A stretch of 64,000 bases of DNA from an uncultured Acidobacteriota bacterium (GCA_963720005.1 CAVREM010000042.1:307918-371917); one strand, 5' to 3'; counted from the first letter of the stretch, positions 26,826 to 39,319 are shown. Numbers and translations are program-made. Notes: generated from the letters alone by a model not told the origin.

Positions 26826-26862
26826 CCAGGAACCGCCGGGGATGGGGCCCCGGATACCAAGG

Positions 26863-28118
<1,256 letters not shown>

Positions 28119-28229
28119 AGATTTAAGATTTCAGATTTCAGATTTAAGATTGGAACGGTCTCGCATGATGGGCTGCCAATCGATAACCTGCGCCAATCTG
28201 AAATCTGAAATCATGAAATCTTAAATTTC
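28119..28229. repeat. AT-rich AGATTTM-word hairpin element, copy B (core inverted relative to copy A)
   Basis: Arms are agatttaagatttcagatttcagatttaagattgg and ccaatctgaaatctgaaatcatgaaatcttaaatttc. The reverse complement of the core contains GATTGGCAGCCC, identical to copy A. Confidence 0.9.
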
Positions 28230-28239
28230 AGCTTCTCTT

Positions 28240-29018
<779 letters not shown>

Positions 29019-29022
<4 letters not shown>

Positions 29023-30020
29023 TTCTCATCGTCGGGGAACAGCGCGGCGGCAAGCTGAATCGCGCGACCTGGGAGACGGTCGCGGCGGCCCAGGAGCTGG
29101 CCGCCGGCCAGCCGATTGCGATTGCCGTGCCCGGTTCGAGTGCGCATGCCGCGGGGGCCGCGGCTGAACTGGCGGCGGCGGCTGTCGCCGAGGTGATTAC
29201 CGTCGAGAGCCCCGCTCTCGAGGCGTATACGCCTGACGGCTACACGTCCGCGCTGCAGGCCGCCATCGACCAGCTGAAGCCCGGCGATCGTCGTGCTGCC
29301 GCACACCTATCAGACGCGCGACTTCGCGCCGAAGCTGGCGGCGCGGATGGATCGCGCGATCATCACCGACGTCACGGCGATCAAAAGGGCAGGTGGGGCG
29401 GGTGGGGCAGGTGGCAGGTGAATCAGGTCGCGTTCGTGCGGCCGATGTTCCAGGGCAAGCTGACCGCCGACGTCGTCCCGCAGGGGCCGGCGCCGCACTT
29501 CGTCACGTTCCAGATCGGCGCGTTCCGCGCCGATCAGGTCGCGCGCGGCGGATCGCCGGCGCCAACCCGTACGGTCGCGGTGTCGCGTCGATGCCGTCCA
29601 GCGTCCGGCAGAAGCCCGAAGCGCCGTTCCAGGAAGCGAAACAGGCGGTCGACCTGTCGCAGGCGGAGCGGATCGTCGTCGGTCGGCCGCGGCATCAAGG
29701 AGCAGAGCAATATCCCGCTCGCGCAGCAGCTGGCCGCGGCGCTGGGGGCCGAGCTCGCCGCATCGCGGCCGATTTGCGACGCCGGCTGGCTCCCGATGGA
29801 GCGCCAGGTCGGCAGCTCCGGGCAGACGGTCGCGCCGAAGCTCTATCTGGCGCTGGGCATCTCGGGCGCGATTCAGCACCTGGTCGGCATGAAGGGCGCC
29901 AGCACGATCGTCGCGATCAACAAGGATCCTGACGCGCCGATCTTCGAGGTGGCCGACTTCGGCATCGTCGGCGATCTGTTCGAGATCGTGCCGGCGATGA
30001 TCAACGCCTTGAAGGAATAA
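29019..30020 (+). CDS. etfA: Electron transfer flavoprotein alpha subunit (about 4 frame breaks: about 29283, 29412, 29575, 29690)
   Basis: [58 protein letters not shown] (shifted frame), [14 protein letters not shown] and [42 protein letters not shown] are all present. Confidence 0.85.
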
Positions 30021-30120
30021 GCCACGCACGGAAAGCGCGAAGCCACAAATAGAAGTCTTATTCGTGTCGCGTTTCGTGGCAGCCTGCCTTATTTCGCTGT
30101 TTCGTGGCCGGCTGTCCGTC

Positions 30121-32016
30121 ATGTCGACGTTGATTCTCTGGCTGCTGGTGCTCGGTTCGTCGGCGCGTTCGCGGCGCAGGTCGCGACCCGCGTCCGCCTC
30201 ATTGCCGCAGCTCCCAACACCTTCTCGATCGACAATCCGGCGGTCCGCGTCCGCCGCTTCCTGGTCGACGTCGTCCTGCAGCGGCAGACGATCAAGGAGC
30301 GGCCGCTTCCCGGGCTCGCCCACGCGTTCGTGTTCTGGGGATTCGTCGCGTTCGGCGGCTACACGGTCACGGAGTTTCTGCACGGCCTCGGGATCGTCGA
30401 TCTCACCGACACGCGGTGGTTCTACGCCTATCGTGTCGCGCTGACGCCGTTCGCCGTCGCCGTGCTGGCGGGCATCCTGTTCCTCCTGGTTCGGCGAGCG
30501 ATTGTCCGGCCGGTCGCGCTCGGCCAGACCCTTTCCATCGAGTCGGTCGTCATCGGGCTGTTCATTGCCACGCTGATGGCGACGTTTCTCCTCGGCTGGC
30601 GGCTCGACGAGGAATCGCCGGCGGGGCGGATCAACTGGTGGATCCACTCGCTCGTCATCCTCGTCGTTCCTCGCGCTGATCCCGGCGTCGAAGCACTTTC
30701 ACCTCGTGCTCTCGCCGATCACGGTCTTCCTGAAATCGCCCGAGCTCGGCAACCTGCCGAACCTCGATTTCGAAAAGGAGCAGGTCGGCCTCGAGGTCTT
30801 GAAGGATCTGGGCAGCAAGACCGTTCTCGACGCTTTCACGTGCGTCGAGTGCGGCAGGTGCCAGGTGAACTGTCCGGCGTGGGGCGCCGGCAAGGAGCTG
30901 AACCCGAAGACGATCATCCTGCAGACGCAGGCAGCGCTCCTCAAGGCCCCGGGCGATGCGAAGCTCGTCGAGATCTACACCGACAAGGTGTTGTGGCAGT
31001 GCACGACCTGCGGTGCCTGCGAGAACCAGTGCCCGGTCGGCATCGAGCACCTGCCGCTCCTCATCGGCACGCGGCGCGGCCTCGTGTCGAACGGCGATGC
31101 GCCGGATTATCTCGGGGGCATGTACAACAACCTCGAGCGCCGCTCCAACATCTGGGGCCTGAGCTACGACCAGCGCCAGAAATTCGTCGAGTCCTCCGGC
31201 CTCGAAATTTTCGATCCGGCGAAGCATGACGTCCTCGTCTGGCTGGGATGCGCCGGGGCGTTCGAGGCCGACTTCCAGAAGTCGCTGCGGTCGCTCTTCG
31301 AGATCCTGCGCGCCCGCCAGGTGAAGTTCGGCGTCCTGTCGAAGGAGCGCTGCAACGGCGATCCGGCGAAGCGGACCGGCAACGAGTACATGTACCAGGA
31401 GCTGGCCAACGCCAACATCGAGGATCTCCGGGCCGCCGGCCCGAAGAAAATCCTGACGTCGTGCCCGCACTGCGTGAAGACGATCGGCGACGACTACCGG
31501 AAGTTCGGATACCAGGTGGAGATCGTCCATTCGGCCGTCTTCGTGGAGGAGCTCACACGCGATCTCCGCCCGGCGGCCGGTGACGGTGGGACGTTTACGT
31601 ATCACGATCCGTGTTATCTCGGGCGCTACGGCGGGAAGGTCGACGAGCCGCGCGAGTTGCTCGCGCGGTTCGGCGCCGACGTCAAGGAGCCGGTGAGGAA
31701 CCGCGACAACCCCTATTGCTGCGGGGCCGGCGGCGGTCTCCTGTTCGCCGACAAGGAAGAGGAGCCCGGGTCGCGCATCAGCGATGTCCGCTTCAAACAG
31801 CTGCAGCAAACCGGCGCGAACACGGTCGTGACCGCGTGTCCGTTCTGCTCGATCATGCTGAAAGGGGCGCAGACGAGCGCGCCGGGCGGTGGGCGACGTC
31901 AGTTCGTCGACCTGATGACGTTCGTCAACGGCCAGGCTGACCAGAATCGTACTGTGCGAAGCACGTCGACTGGCGCGAGCATCGCGTCTGAAGACGGCTG
32001 CGAGGCGGCCGGCTGA
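30121..32016 (+). CDS. Membrane-anchored Fe-S oxidoreductase (HdrD/GlpC/DsrK-like; candidate ETF:quinone oxidoreductase), frame broken at about 30160 and about 30665
   Basis: The N-terminal polytopic domain reads FVFWGFVAFGGYTVTEF...INWWIHSLVILV. Two ferredoxin motifs (CVECGRCQVNCP, CTTCGACENQCP) and two Cys-rich CCG-type motifs (LTSCPHC, YCCGAGGG, TACPFC) follow. Confidence 0.75.
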
Positions 32017-32079
32017 TCCCGCCGCTCGGGTATCGCCTGATCGCGGCGCTCGGGGCCACGCTCAAGTGGCGCAGCGAGG

Positions 32080-32718
32080 GTGCTCGAACACTACGACGCG
32101 GTTGTTCGAAGCGGCCGCCAGCCGATCATGGCGTTCTGGCACGGCCGCATCCTGCCGGCGACTTACTACTTCCGCCGCCGCGGCATCGTCGTCATCACCA
32201 GCGAGAACTTCGACGGCGAATGGATTGCCGGCATCATCGAGCGGTTCGGCTACGGCACCGCCAGGGGCTCGACGTCGCGCGGCGGACGGAGGGCGCTGCT
32301 GCAGCTCAAGCGGGACATGGCCGCCGGCAGGCCCGCCGCCTTCACGATCGACGGTCCTCGGGGTCCTGCGCGCGTGGCGCAGCCTGGCGCCGTCTGGCTG
32401 GCGAAGGCGACCGGCAATCCAGTCGTGCCGTTTCACGTGGAAGCCAGCCGCCATTGGACGTTGAGCAGCTGGGACCGTACGCTGATCCCGAAGCCGTTCG
32501 CCACCGTCTCGGTCGCGATAGGTGAGCCGTTCGACGTCTCCGCGGAGGCCGGGGAGAGCGAACTCGAGGCTGCGAGGAAGAACCTCGAAGATCGGCTCGC
32601 ACTGTTGGAAGAGCGCGCCCGCGCGGCTGCTCGATTCCTAAGAGCCTCTAACAACTCCCTGCGATTTCCTGGACTGCCAGGATGTGCCCATTCCCGGGAA
32701 CAAATCTCACCGCTCTGA
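32080..32718 (+). CDS. DUF374-family (lysophospholipid-acyltransferase-like) protein; the N-terminus continues upstream in another frame
   Basis: IMAFWHGRILPATYYFRRRGIVVITSENFDGEWIAGIIERFGYGTARGSTSRGG...FTIDGPRGP is present. Upstream, LIPPLGYRLIAALGATLKWRSEG (about 32013-32075) is in a different frame. Confidence 0.7.
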   Translation: MLEHYDAVVRSGRQPIMAFWHGRILPATYYFRRRGIVVITSENFDGEWIAGIIERFGYGTARGSTSRGGRRALLQLKRDMAAGRPAAFTIDGPRGPARVAQPGAVWLAKATGNPVVPFHVEASRHWTLSSWDRTLIPKPFATVSVAIGEPFDVSAEAGESELEAARKNLEDRLALLEERARAAARFLRASNNSLRFPGLPGCAHSREQISPL

Positions 32719-32847
32719 ACGACTATTAGATGTTGCTGTGATGGTGATTTCGAACTTTAACTGAAAGTGTTCAGGAAGCACTAGTGGCATTGCCCGGTGC
32801 ATGATCTCGAGCTTCGCCACGCAACCTGCCAGCTGCACAGGCATCCT

Positions 32848-33993
32848 GTGACGACTCGAATTGTCCTGGTCGCATTTTGCCTATGGCTTGCGAACGATGT
32901 CGCCGGCCAGCCCGTGGCCTCGGTCTCACCTGCCGAGCGGCCGATCGTCGGCGTGTACTTTGTCGAACCATTCAAATTGCTGGAGCCCTTTGATAAGGGT
33001 TTTCGACGAAGCTGCATTTGCGTCGACGCTGCGTTTGCGCTCGTTCCGCGAATCGTGGAGTCGCCCACGCCCGTTAGCGGATCGGTTGTGCCTTTGCGGC
33101 CGTCGGCATCGGCGCTGCGGGTGGTTCGAGACATGTTCGACACGGAATCGAGCGTCGATCCGTTTTCCCCGCGAACGTTGATTACCGGCCGCGGCCTGCC
33201 CTTCCTCGACGGCCCCGATGCGGTCGCCCTCGGTGTCCAACGATATGTGGAGCTGGCGAATCGCGGGCAGGCCGATGCCCAGGCCGAGCTCGGCTACCTG
33301 TTCGCGACAGGCTTGGGTGTGCTGCAAGACGACCAGTCGGGCGGCGTTCTGGTACGGGCAGGCGGCGCTTCAGGGGTGGCCGGATGCGAAGCTGGCGCTC
33401 GCCGCGATGTATGCGCTCGGTCGTGGCGTACCGCAAGACGATCGCGCCGCTGTCTATTGGCTACTGCAGTCTCAGCACTCCCACCTGCAAGCTGACGCCT
33501 ATGCGTGCGGAATGGGCGTCGAACAGGATTTCGGGCGCGCGCGCGAGCTGTACGAAGTCGCAGCCAGCCGTGGAAGCGTGGATGCGCAGTATCAGCTCGC
33601 AACGATGGTACTTGAACGGATGCGGCGTCGGTTTGGACGACGAGCTCGCCGAAAAGTGGCTTCAGAAAGCGGCGGACCTGGGCCACCCCGAAGCGCAGAT
33701 TGCGCTCAGCGAGATGCTCCACCGTGGGCTGAGTCGGGGAGGTCAGCGGTCCTGGCAGGCGTACCTGTTGGCGGAATTCGCGCTGGCACGCTTGCCAGAA
33801 ACAGGATCCGTCACACACGCGGGCATTATCAGCCCGCGAGCGCGCCGTGGCGCTGCTGTCCGCCGAGGATCAGGCGTTCGCGCGCAGGGTGCTGCAAACG
33901 ATGCTCGACGAGGCGAGAACGACGGAAGCCGCAGGGATCAAATCCCTTCGGTCTGCATTCGACGACTCGCGCACTCCCAGCCCGCAGCGATAG
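32848..33993 (+). CDS. Secreted Sel1-like (SLR/TPR) repeat protein, 3 or more frame breaks (about 33335, 33610, 33815)
   Basis: GTG 32848 gives the signal peptide VTTRIVLVAFCLWLANDVAG. Repeats ADAQAELGYLFATGLGVLQDD, AAFWYGQAALQGWPDAKLALAAMYALGRGVPQDD, ELYEVAASRGSVDAQYQLA and AEKWLQKAADLGHPEAQIAL are visible. The gene ends ...SRTPSPQR* at 33993. Confidence 0.65.
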
Positions 33994-34093
33994 CTCCGCG
34001 GCTCATTGGCGACTAGAGACTGGACGAGATCCTGGCGCGGAGAACCATCCTTGACCTGAAGGTTGGACCGACGTCGGGCATTTTGTCCTGGCT

Positions 34094-35387
34094 CTAAGCT
34101 GCAGCAGCCTTGATCGATTCAAGGCCGTGGCTCTCGGGTCCGGTTTCGCGTTTCCGCAGCGCCGCCGCGAACACGAACCCGAACAGGCTCAACAGGCAGA
34201 ACATCCACAGCATCGGAAGGTAGCCTGAAGGATTCTCCGGACCCGCGTCGCTTGCGTCATTCAGCATGCCCGCCGCGAGATTACAGACCGTCAAGCCGAT
34301 GTTCTGCAGCATCGTCATCAAGCCGTAGGCGGTTCCCAGCCGTTCGGCCGACACCACATACGGCACCGCCGGCCACAGAACCGCGGGCACCAGAGAGAAC
34401 GCGATCCCGATGAGCACGGTACTGACCCACAAGCTCAGGTTCGTGTATCCGAGGATGGGAAACGCGACCATCAGGAGCGCCGTACCGAACGCCATGAAGA
34501 ACGCCCGATGGCCAATCTTGTCGACCATCAGGCCGAACAACGGCGTCGCAAAGATCGCGGCCAGGTAGACGTAGCCGTTCATCGCGCCCGCCTCTTCGAG
34601 CGGCAGGCCGTGGGCCTGCTGGAAGTACTTGATCGCGAACGTGCTGCGGAACGGGAAAATGACCGAGTAGAACGTGACGCACAGCCCGACGATGTACCAG
34701 TACGAACGATCGAAGCGCCAGAGATCGCTCCAGACGATTCGATCGGGCGCCGCGGACTGCACGAGCGCGAAGCGGCGGGCGGCGCGAACCTCGATGACGT
34801 AGAACACGACGCAGGCCGCCACGCAAATCGCCGCAAACCCGACGGCCAGCCACAGCGGCGGCTGCCAGCCCTGGGCGTAGAGCGGCCTGAACCAGGTCGG
34901 CGACATGTCGGCGGTATATGAACCGGCCCGCGCGATGCTGAGGTTTACGCCGAACGCAAAGCCGAGCTGACGGCCGACGAACCATTGCCCGATCGCCACG
35001 GTGATCGCGACGATCATCGACTCGGCGCCGAGCCCGAAAATCAGCCGGCCGGCGGCCATCGCCGCAAAGTTTGGCGCCATCGCCGTCACCACGGCGCCCA
35101 CCAGGGAAATCACCGCAAACGCCAGCGTCGACAGCCGGGTCCCGTACCGATCGACGATGATTCCGCCGATCGAGCACCATGATGATGTTCGGCAGGCTGT
35201 AGATGGCGTTGAGCGTGCCGAGCTGCGTGTCGGTGAATCCGCGCTGCCGTTCCAGGAGATCGGCGACCGGCGCCACCGAGTCGTAAACGTAGTAGTTGCC
35301 GAACATCGCGACGCTGATCGCGATGAGTGCGGCCCAGCGCCAGATCGCGGGTGGCGGCGTGCGGGTGACGGTCGTCTGGCTCTTCAT
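34094..35387 (-). CDS. MFS transporter (frame broken at about 35172)
   Basis: MKSQTTVTRTPPPAIWRWAALIAISVAMFGNYYVYDSVAPVADLL...SLPNIIMVL is in one frame. IGGIIVDRYGTRLSTLAFAVISLVGAVVTAMAPNF... and the remaining helices are in the next. About 12 TM helices in total. Confidence 0.8.
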
Positions 35388-35416
35388 CCGGCGCTGATCT
35401 TAGCCGACCCACGCTT

Positions 35417-35491
35417 GAGTTGGTGAGTTCGTGAGTTGGTGAGTTCGTGAGTCGATGAATTCACCAACTCTCCAATTCACCAACTCACCAA
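35417..35491. repeat. Palindrome built from GAGTTGGT/GAGTTCGT words (same word family as 1457-1600)
   Basis: The sequence is gagttggtgagttcgtgagttggtgagttcgtgagtcgatGAATTCaccaactctccaattcaccaactcaccaa. It lies between the divergent MFS and deacetylase genes. Confidence 0.85.
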
Positions 35492-35509
35492 TGTAGAATT
35501 GCGCTCCCC

Positions 35510-36538
35510 ATGTCACTCGTGGTTATCGCGTCCGAGCGGTTCGCCGACCATCAGACGCCGCCGGGTCACCCCGAGGCGCCCGAGCGCGCTGAGGTGATGG
35601 ACGTGATTGCGGAGGAGTGGCGGAAGCGCCGCGGTGAAGTCGTGGCCCCGCGGCAAGCCACCCGCGAGCAGCTGGCGCGCGTGCATAGCGTCGAACACCT
35701 GCGCCGGATTGCCGAGACGGCGGGCACCTCGGTGGCGCTCGATCCCGATACGTATACCTCACCCGACACCCACGAGGTTGCCCTGTTGTCGGCGGGAGCG
35801 GGCGTCGAAATGGTGGAGCGCGTGCTCGGCGGCGAGCATCAGCGTGCGCTGGCGCTCGTCCGGCCACCCGGCCATCACGCCGAACGCAGCCGCGCCATGG
35901 GCTTCTGCCTGTTCAACAATGTCGCGGTCGGTGCGGCACACGCCCGGGCGACAGGGGTTGGGCGCGTCGCGGTCGTCGATTACGACGTGCACCACGGCAA
36001 CGCCACACAGCACATGTTCGAGTCCGATCCAACGGTGCTGTACGTGTCGCTGCACCAGTATCCGTTCTATCCGGGCACAGGTGCGGCCGGCGAAATCGGG
36101 TTGGGCGCGGGCGCCGGCTTCACCGTCAACGCGCCGATCGAAGTCGGCGCGACCGACGAGGACTACCGCCTCGTGTTCGCCGAGCTCGTGCTCCCGATCG
36201 TGCGGCAGTTCGATCCGGATCTGATCCTCGTCTCGGCCGGATTCGACGCCCACGAGCGGGATCCGCTCGCCGGGATGCGGTTGACGACCGCCGCGTTCGG
36301 CGCGATGACGATGGAGCTGCGGAACGTTGCCGAGACGTGCTGCGAGGGCCGCATTGCCGCCATCGTCGAAGGCGGCTACGACCTGCGTGCGCTTGCCGAT
36401 TCGATGCGGACCGTCGTCGACGTGCTGGCCGGCCCGCCGGCGGCCGCGCAGTGGCCACGGACGGATGCGCGGTCCAATCGCGGGCGTGTCGCGGTCGACG
36501 CCGCCCGCAAGGCGCTGGCCTCGCACTGGAAGCTGTAG
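35510..36538 (+). CDS. Histone-deacetylase-family amidohydrolase (AcuC/HDAC-like)
   Basis: Intact 342 aa with RPPGHHAE, VVDYDVHHGNATQHMF and YPGTGA. Confidence 0.85.
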   Translation: MSLVVIASERFADHQTPPGHPEAPERAEVMDVIAEEWRKRRGEVVAPRQATREQLARVHSVEHLRRIAETAGTSVALDPDTYTSPDTHEVALLSAGAGVEMVERVLGGEHQRALALVRPPGHHAERSRAMGFCLFNNVAVGAAHARATGVGRVAVVDYDVHHGNATQHMFESDPTVLYVSLHQYPFYPGTGAAGEIGLGAGAGFTVNAPIEVGATDEDYRLVFAELVLPIVRQFDPDLILVSAGFDAHERDPLAGMRLTTAAFGAMTMELRNVAETCCEGRIAAIVEGGYDLRALADSMRTVVDVLAGPPAAAQWPRTDARSNRGRVAVDAARKALASHWKL

Positions 36539-36548
36539 TGCGGATCTT

Positions 36549-36642
36549 GTAGGGCGGACCGCTGTAGGGCGGACCTCTTAGGTCCGCCGATTCCCGAGAA
36601 ACGCCGGGCCTGAGAGGCCCGGCCTACGGAGGCCCGGCCTAC
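36549..36642. terminator. REP-like GC hairpins between convergent genes (possible bidirectional terminator)
   Basis: GTAGGGCGGACC...GTAGGGCGGACC-TCTTA-GGTCCGCC has its stem at 36568-36588. GCCGGGCC-TGAGA-GGCCCGGCCTAC (36603-36627) is followed by GGCCCGGCCTAC. No U-tracts are present. Confidence 0.45.
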
Positions 36643-37079
36643 TTTTGACCGCGCATCCCCTCGGTCACGATCCCGACGCGCTGCACTCCCGCTCCCTTCG
36701 CCGCGTCGATCACCTGGACGATGTCCCCGTAACGAAGCGTGGCCGCGCCGGCGATGAACATCGTCTTGTCGCGTCGACCCCCGTAAATCGTGCTCAGGCG
36801 CTCGGGCAATTCGGTCAGATCGACCGGCTGCTGGTTGATCGACATCCGTCGATCCGCCGTGTACTCGAGCATGATGTGCGCGGTGGACGCTTCGCCGCTC
36901 GTGGTCTGCGCCGGCAGACTCGTATCGAGGCTCCGTTGCGCGAGCGGGAGCGTCGCCATGAAGATCACCAGCAGCACCAGGAGCACGTCGATGAGCGGCG
37001 TGACGTTCATATCCGCGCTGGCGCGCGGTCGTTCTGCGAATACAACGGTGTCCGCGCCGAAGTGCCGGTGTGCGGCCAT
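36639..37079 (-). CDS. exbD: ExbD/TolR biopolymer transport protein
   Basis: ATG 37079 is preceded by GGAGGA. NVTPLIDVLLVLLVIFM...IAGAATLRYGDIVQVIDAAKGAGVQRVGIVT is present. No exbB gene is adjacent. Confidence 0.8.
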   Translation of the reverse strand: MAAHRHFGADTVVFAERPRASADMNVTPLIDVLLVLLVIFMATLPLAQRSLDTSLPAQTTSGEASTAHIMLEYTADRRMSINQQPVDLTELPERLSTIYGGRRDKTMFIAGAATLRYGDIVQVIDAAKGAGVQRVGIVTEGMRGQK

Positions 37080-37214
37080 CGGTTCCTCCGTGTCGAATTC
37101 TGCTTCCCTTAGACCCCGCGAGTCGACGTGGGTTCCGTCTCGACGTACTGGACAGATTTGGAACACCGCGACACTTGCGTGACAGTCGATGCTCGCTGCT
37201 ACACTTTCATTGGA

Positions 37215-38327
37215 ATGGTGAAGCTCCCGACACACGCGGTCGTCTTGGCCTTGGCCTGCGGATTCATCGATGTCCATCTTGCTGAAGCCACGCAGTACTT
37301 CGATATCGGTTTGCAGGGACGTGTGCAGGCGTCCGACACGATTGTCTTGGCTCGTGTGGTAGACGCAGCGCGTGCTCTGATGAGCGTCGAGCGCGTTCTA
37401 AAAGGCGAACCAGCGAAACAAATCACTTTGGTGTCGTACGTCGACGGTTTCAGTCGACCGGAGGGCCAAAAAGCACTCGTCCTCAACGCTCGAGAGTTGC
37501 TCTTCCTGAGGAAGAAGGGCGACGCGTATGCGCTTGTCCAGGACCAGTACGGACGCTTGGCCGTAAATGGCGAACAGCTGACCGATTCATTCAAATCCGA
37601 ACCGCGGAGCCTCTCGCAGACGTTGGCCGCCATCGAGCGGCTCGTCACGTTGCAGGCTCGGGCCGCTCAGGGGGAGGCCGAAGCTGACGTGGCGTATGTC
37701 GCGGCGCTCAGGAACGATGACCCCGAGGTCCAGATGTGGGCGCTTTGGAATGCCATGCAGCAAATCAAGGTTCCGTCGGCTGCCCTGTCCGACGCGCATT
37801 TGGCCCGGTGGTCCATGCAGGCAGGCCCTGTAATCGGCGCATTCAACGCAGTGGGGCTGGTGGCCAACGCGGTGGTGAGGTGGCGGCTCCAACGCGCGGC
37901 GTCTTTCTTCGACGGAATTCTTGCGATGTCCGCCAACGGGGATGAGCGGGCGTGGGCCGCAATGGCACTAGGCGGCACGGGAGATCGAACGTATCTGCCA
38001 GCGCTTCGGCGCGTGGCCGCCGAGGATACCCATCCTGGCGCGCGCGCGATGGCGTACGAAGGCCTCAAGTACATGCTTGGTCCCGATTCGCTTGCAGACC
38101 AGCGGTTAGGTGCGAAGGATGCACACGAGCGCGTCCGAACCCAGGCAGTAAATGCCGCCTATAACCTGCTGGAACTCGAACAACCCGAGCCGCGTTGGCC
38201 GGCGGCGTCGAGCGCGCTTATTGCCGAAGTCCGCGCTTTTCTCACCGAGATGCAGCGTGATCCTGCGCGTATGGTGAGCGACGCCGCGCGGTATCTGTTG
38301 GCGCATCTGGCGAAGCACCGACCATAG
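37215..38327 (+). CDS. Secreted HEAT-like repeat protein, function unknown
   Basis: Start MVKLPTHAVVLALACGFIDVHLAEA. The HEAT-like stretch reads ERAWAAMALGGTGDRTYLPALRRVAAEDTHPGARAMAYEGL. G+C is visibly lower than in the neighbours. Confidence 0.5.
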   Translation: MVKLPTHAVVLALACGFIDVHLAEATQYFDIGLQGRVQASDTIVLARVVDAARALMSVERVLKGEPAKQITLVSYVDGFSRPEGQKALVLNARELLFLRKKGDAYALVQDQYGRLAVNGEQLTDSFKSEPRSLSQTLAAIERLVTLQARAAQGEAEADVAYVAALRNDDPEVQMWALWNAMQQIKVPSAALSDAHLARWSMQAGPVIGAFNAVGLVANAVVRWRLQRAASFFDGILAMSANGDERAWAAMALGGTGDRTYLPALRRVAAEDTHPGARAMAYEGLKYMLGPDSLADQRLGAKDAHERVRTQAVNAAYNLLELEQPEPRWPAASSALIAEVRAFLTEMQRDPARMVSDAARYLLAHLAKHRP

Positions 38328-38370
38328 GCTGCCACAGAAATCTGCCGGCGCTTACCTCATCCGCGCCTCG

Positions 38371-39258
38371 TCAACAGCCGTTCAGGCTGATGTACTCGAC
38401 GAGCAGCTTGTTGACGGCTTCGGGGTGTTCCATCTGAGGCAGATGGTCGGCATCCTTGATTGTCACGACCTTCGCCTTCTTGATGCGGGCCGCGCTGGCT
38501 TCGGCGCCGTTGCGAACTGACGCGACGTCCTTGTCACCGACGACGAATAGGACGTTGGCGTTCAAACCCGCGAGCCGTTCGTACGCCGGCGGCGTCATCG
38601 GTTCCTGAGGCCAGTGCTCGGCAAGGAACATTTTCTGGTTGTCCTCGACCATCGTGCGGAGGAGCGCGCCGGCTGTTGGATGACGCGAGGCGACGCCGAC
38701 CATCGGGTGCTGCAGCCACAACGGGATGGCCGCGCTCGTCCCCTTGTCCTTCGCGACACCCAGCACCTCGTTCACTTTCTTGATGTCTTCCTCGGGTACC
38801 GGATAACCGCCGGCGGTGCTTGCGACGACGACGACCGCGCCGGTGAGGTTGGGCTGAAGCAGCGCGAAGTCGAGCGCCAGGGTGCCGCCCATCGAGTTGC
38901 CAACAAGGTTGGCGCGCTTGAGCTCCAGATGCTCCATCAGCGCCACCAGGTCGGCGACAGGGGAGTACGGCTTGTCGGGCGCCGACGACTTGCCGAAGCC
39001 GCGGTGGTCGTAGCGGATGACCCGGAAGGCCTGCGACAACGGTTCCATCTGCGCGTCCCACATCCGCCGGTCGCCGAACCCGCCGTGGATCAGGATGACG
39101 GGCGCGCCTTTGCCGAGGGTTTCGTAATACAGGCTGCCGCCGTCTACCGCGACCGAGCCGCTCGAGAGGTTCGCGGGGCCGGCGCTCGTCTCGCGATTCG
39201 AATCGCAGGCGGCGCAGAACAAGGCCAGCGCGAGTCCAAAGCCGAACGCGGTCTTCAT
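38371..39258 (-). CDS. Alpha/beta-hydrolase-fold lipoprotein
   Basis: Start MKTAFGFGLALALFCAAC (lipobox) at 39258. HGGFGDRRMWD and the nucleophile elbow VGNSMGG are present, along with C-terminal DADHLPQMEHPE. Confidence 0.8.
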   Translation of the reverse strand: MKTAFGFGLALALFCAACDSNRETSAGPANLSSGSVAVDGGSLYYETLGKGAPVILIHGGFGDRRMWDAQMEPLSQAFRVIRYDHRGFGKSSAPDKPYSPVADLVALMEHLELKRANLVGNSMGGTLALDFALLQPNLTGAVVVVASTAGGYPVPEEDIKKVNEVLGVAKDKGTSAAIPLWLQHPMVGVASRHPTAGALLRTMVEDNQKMFLAEHWPQEPMTPPAYERLAGLNANVLFVVGDKDVASVRNGAEASAARIKKAKVVTIKDADHLPQMEHPEAVNKLLVEYISLNGC

Positions 39259-39319
39259 AGCGGGAACGCTAACACGGACCGAGACACACCTGCCCCGGGA
39301 AATGTAACCTATAGGGCTG

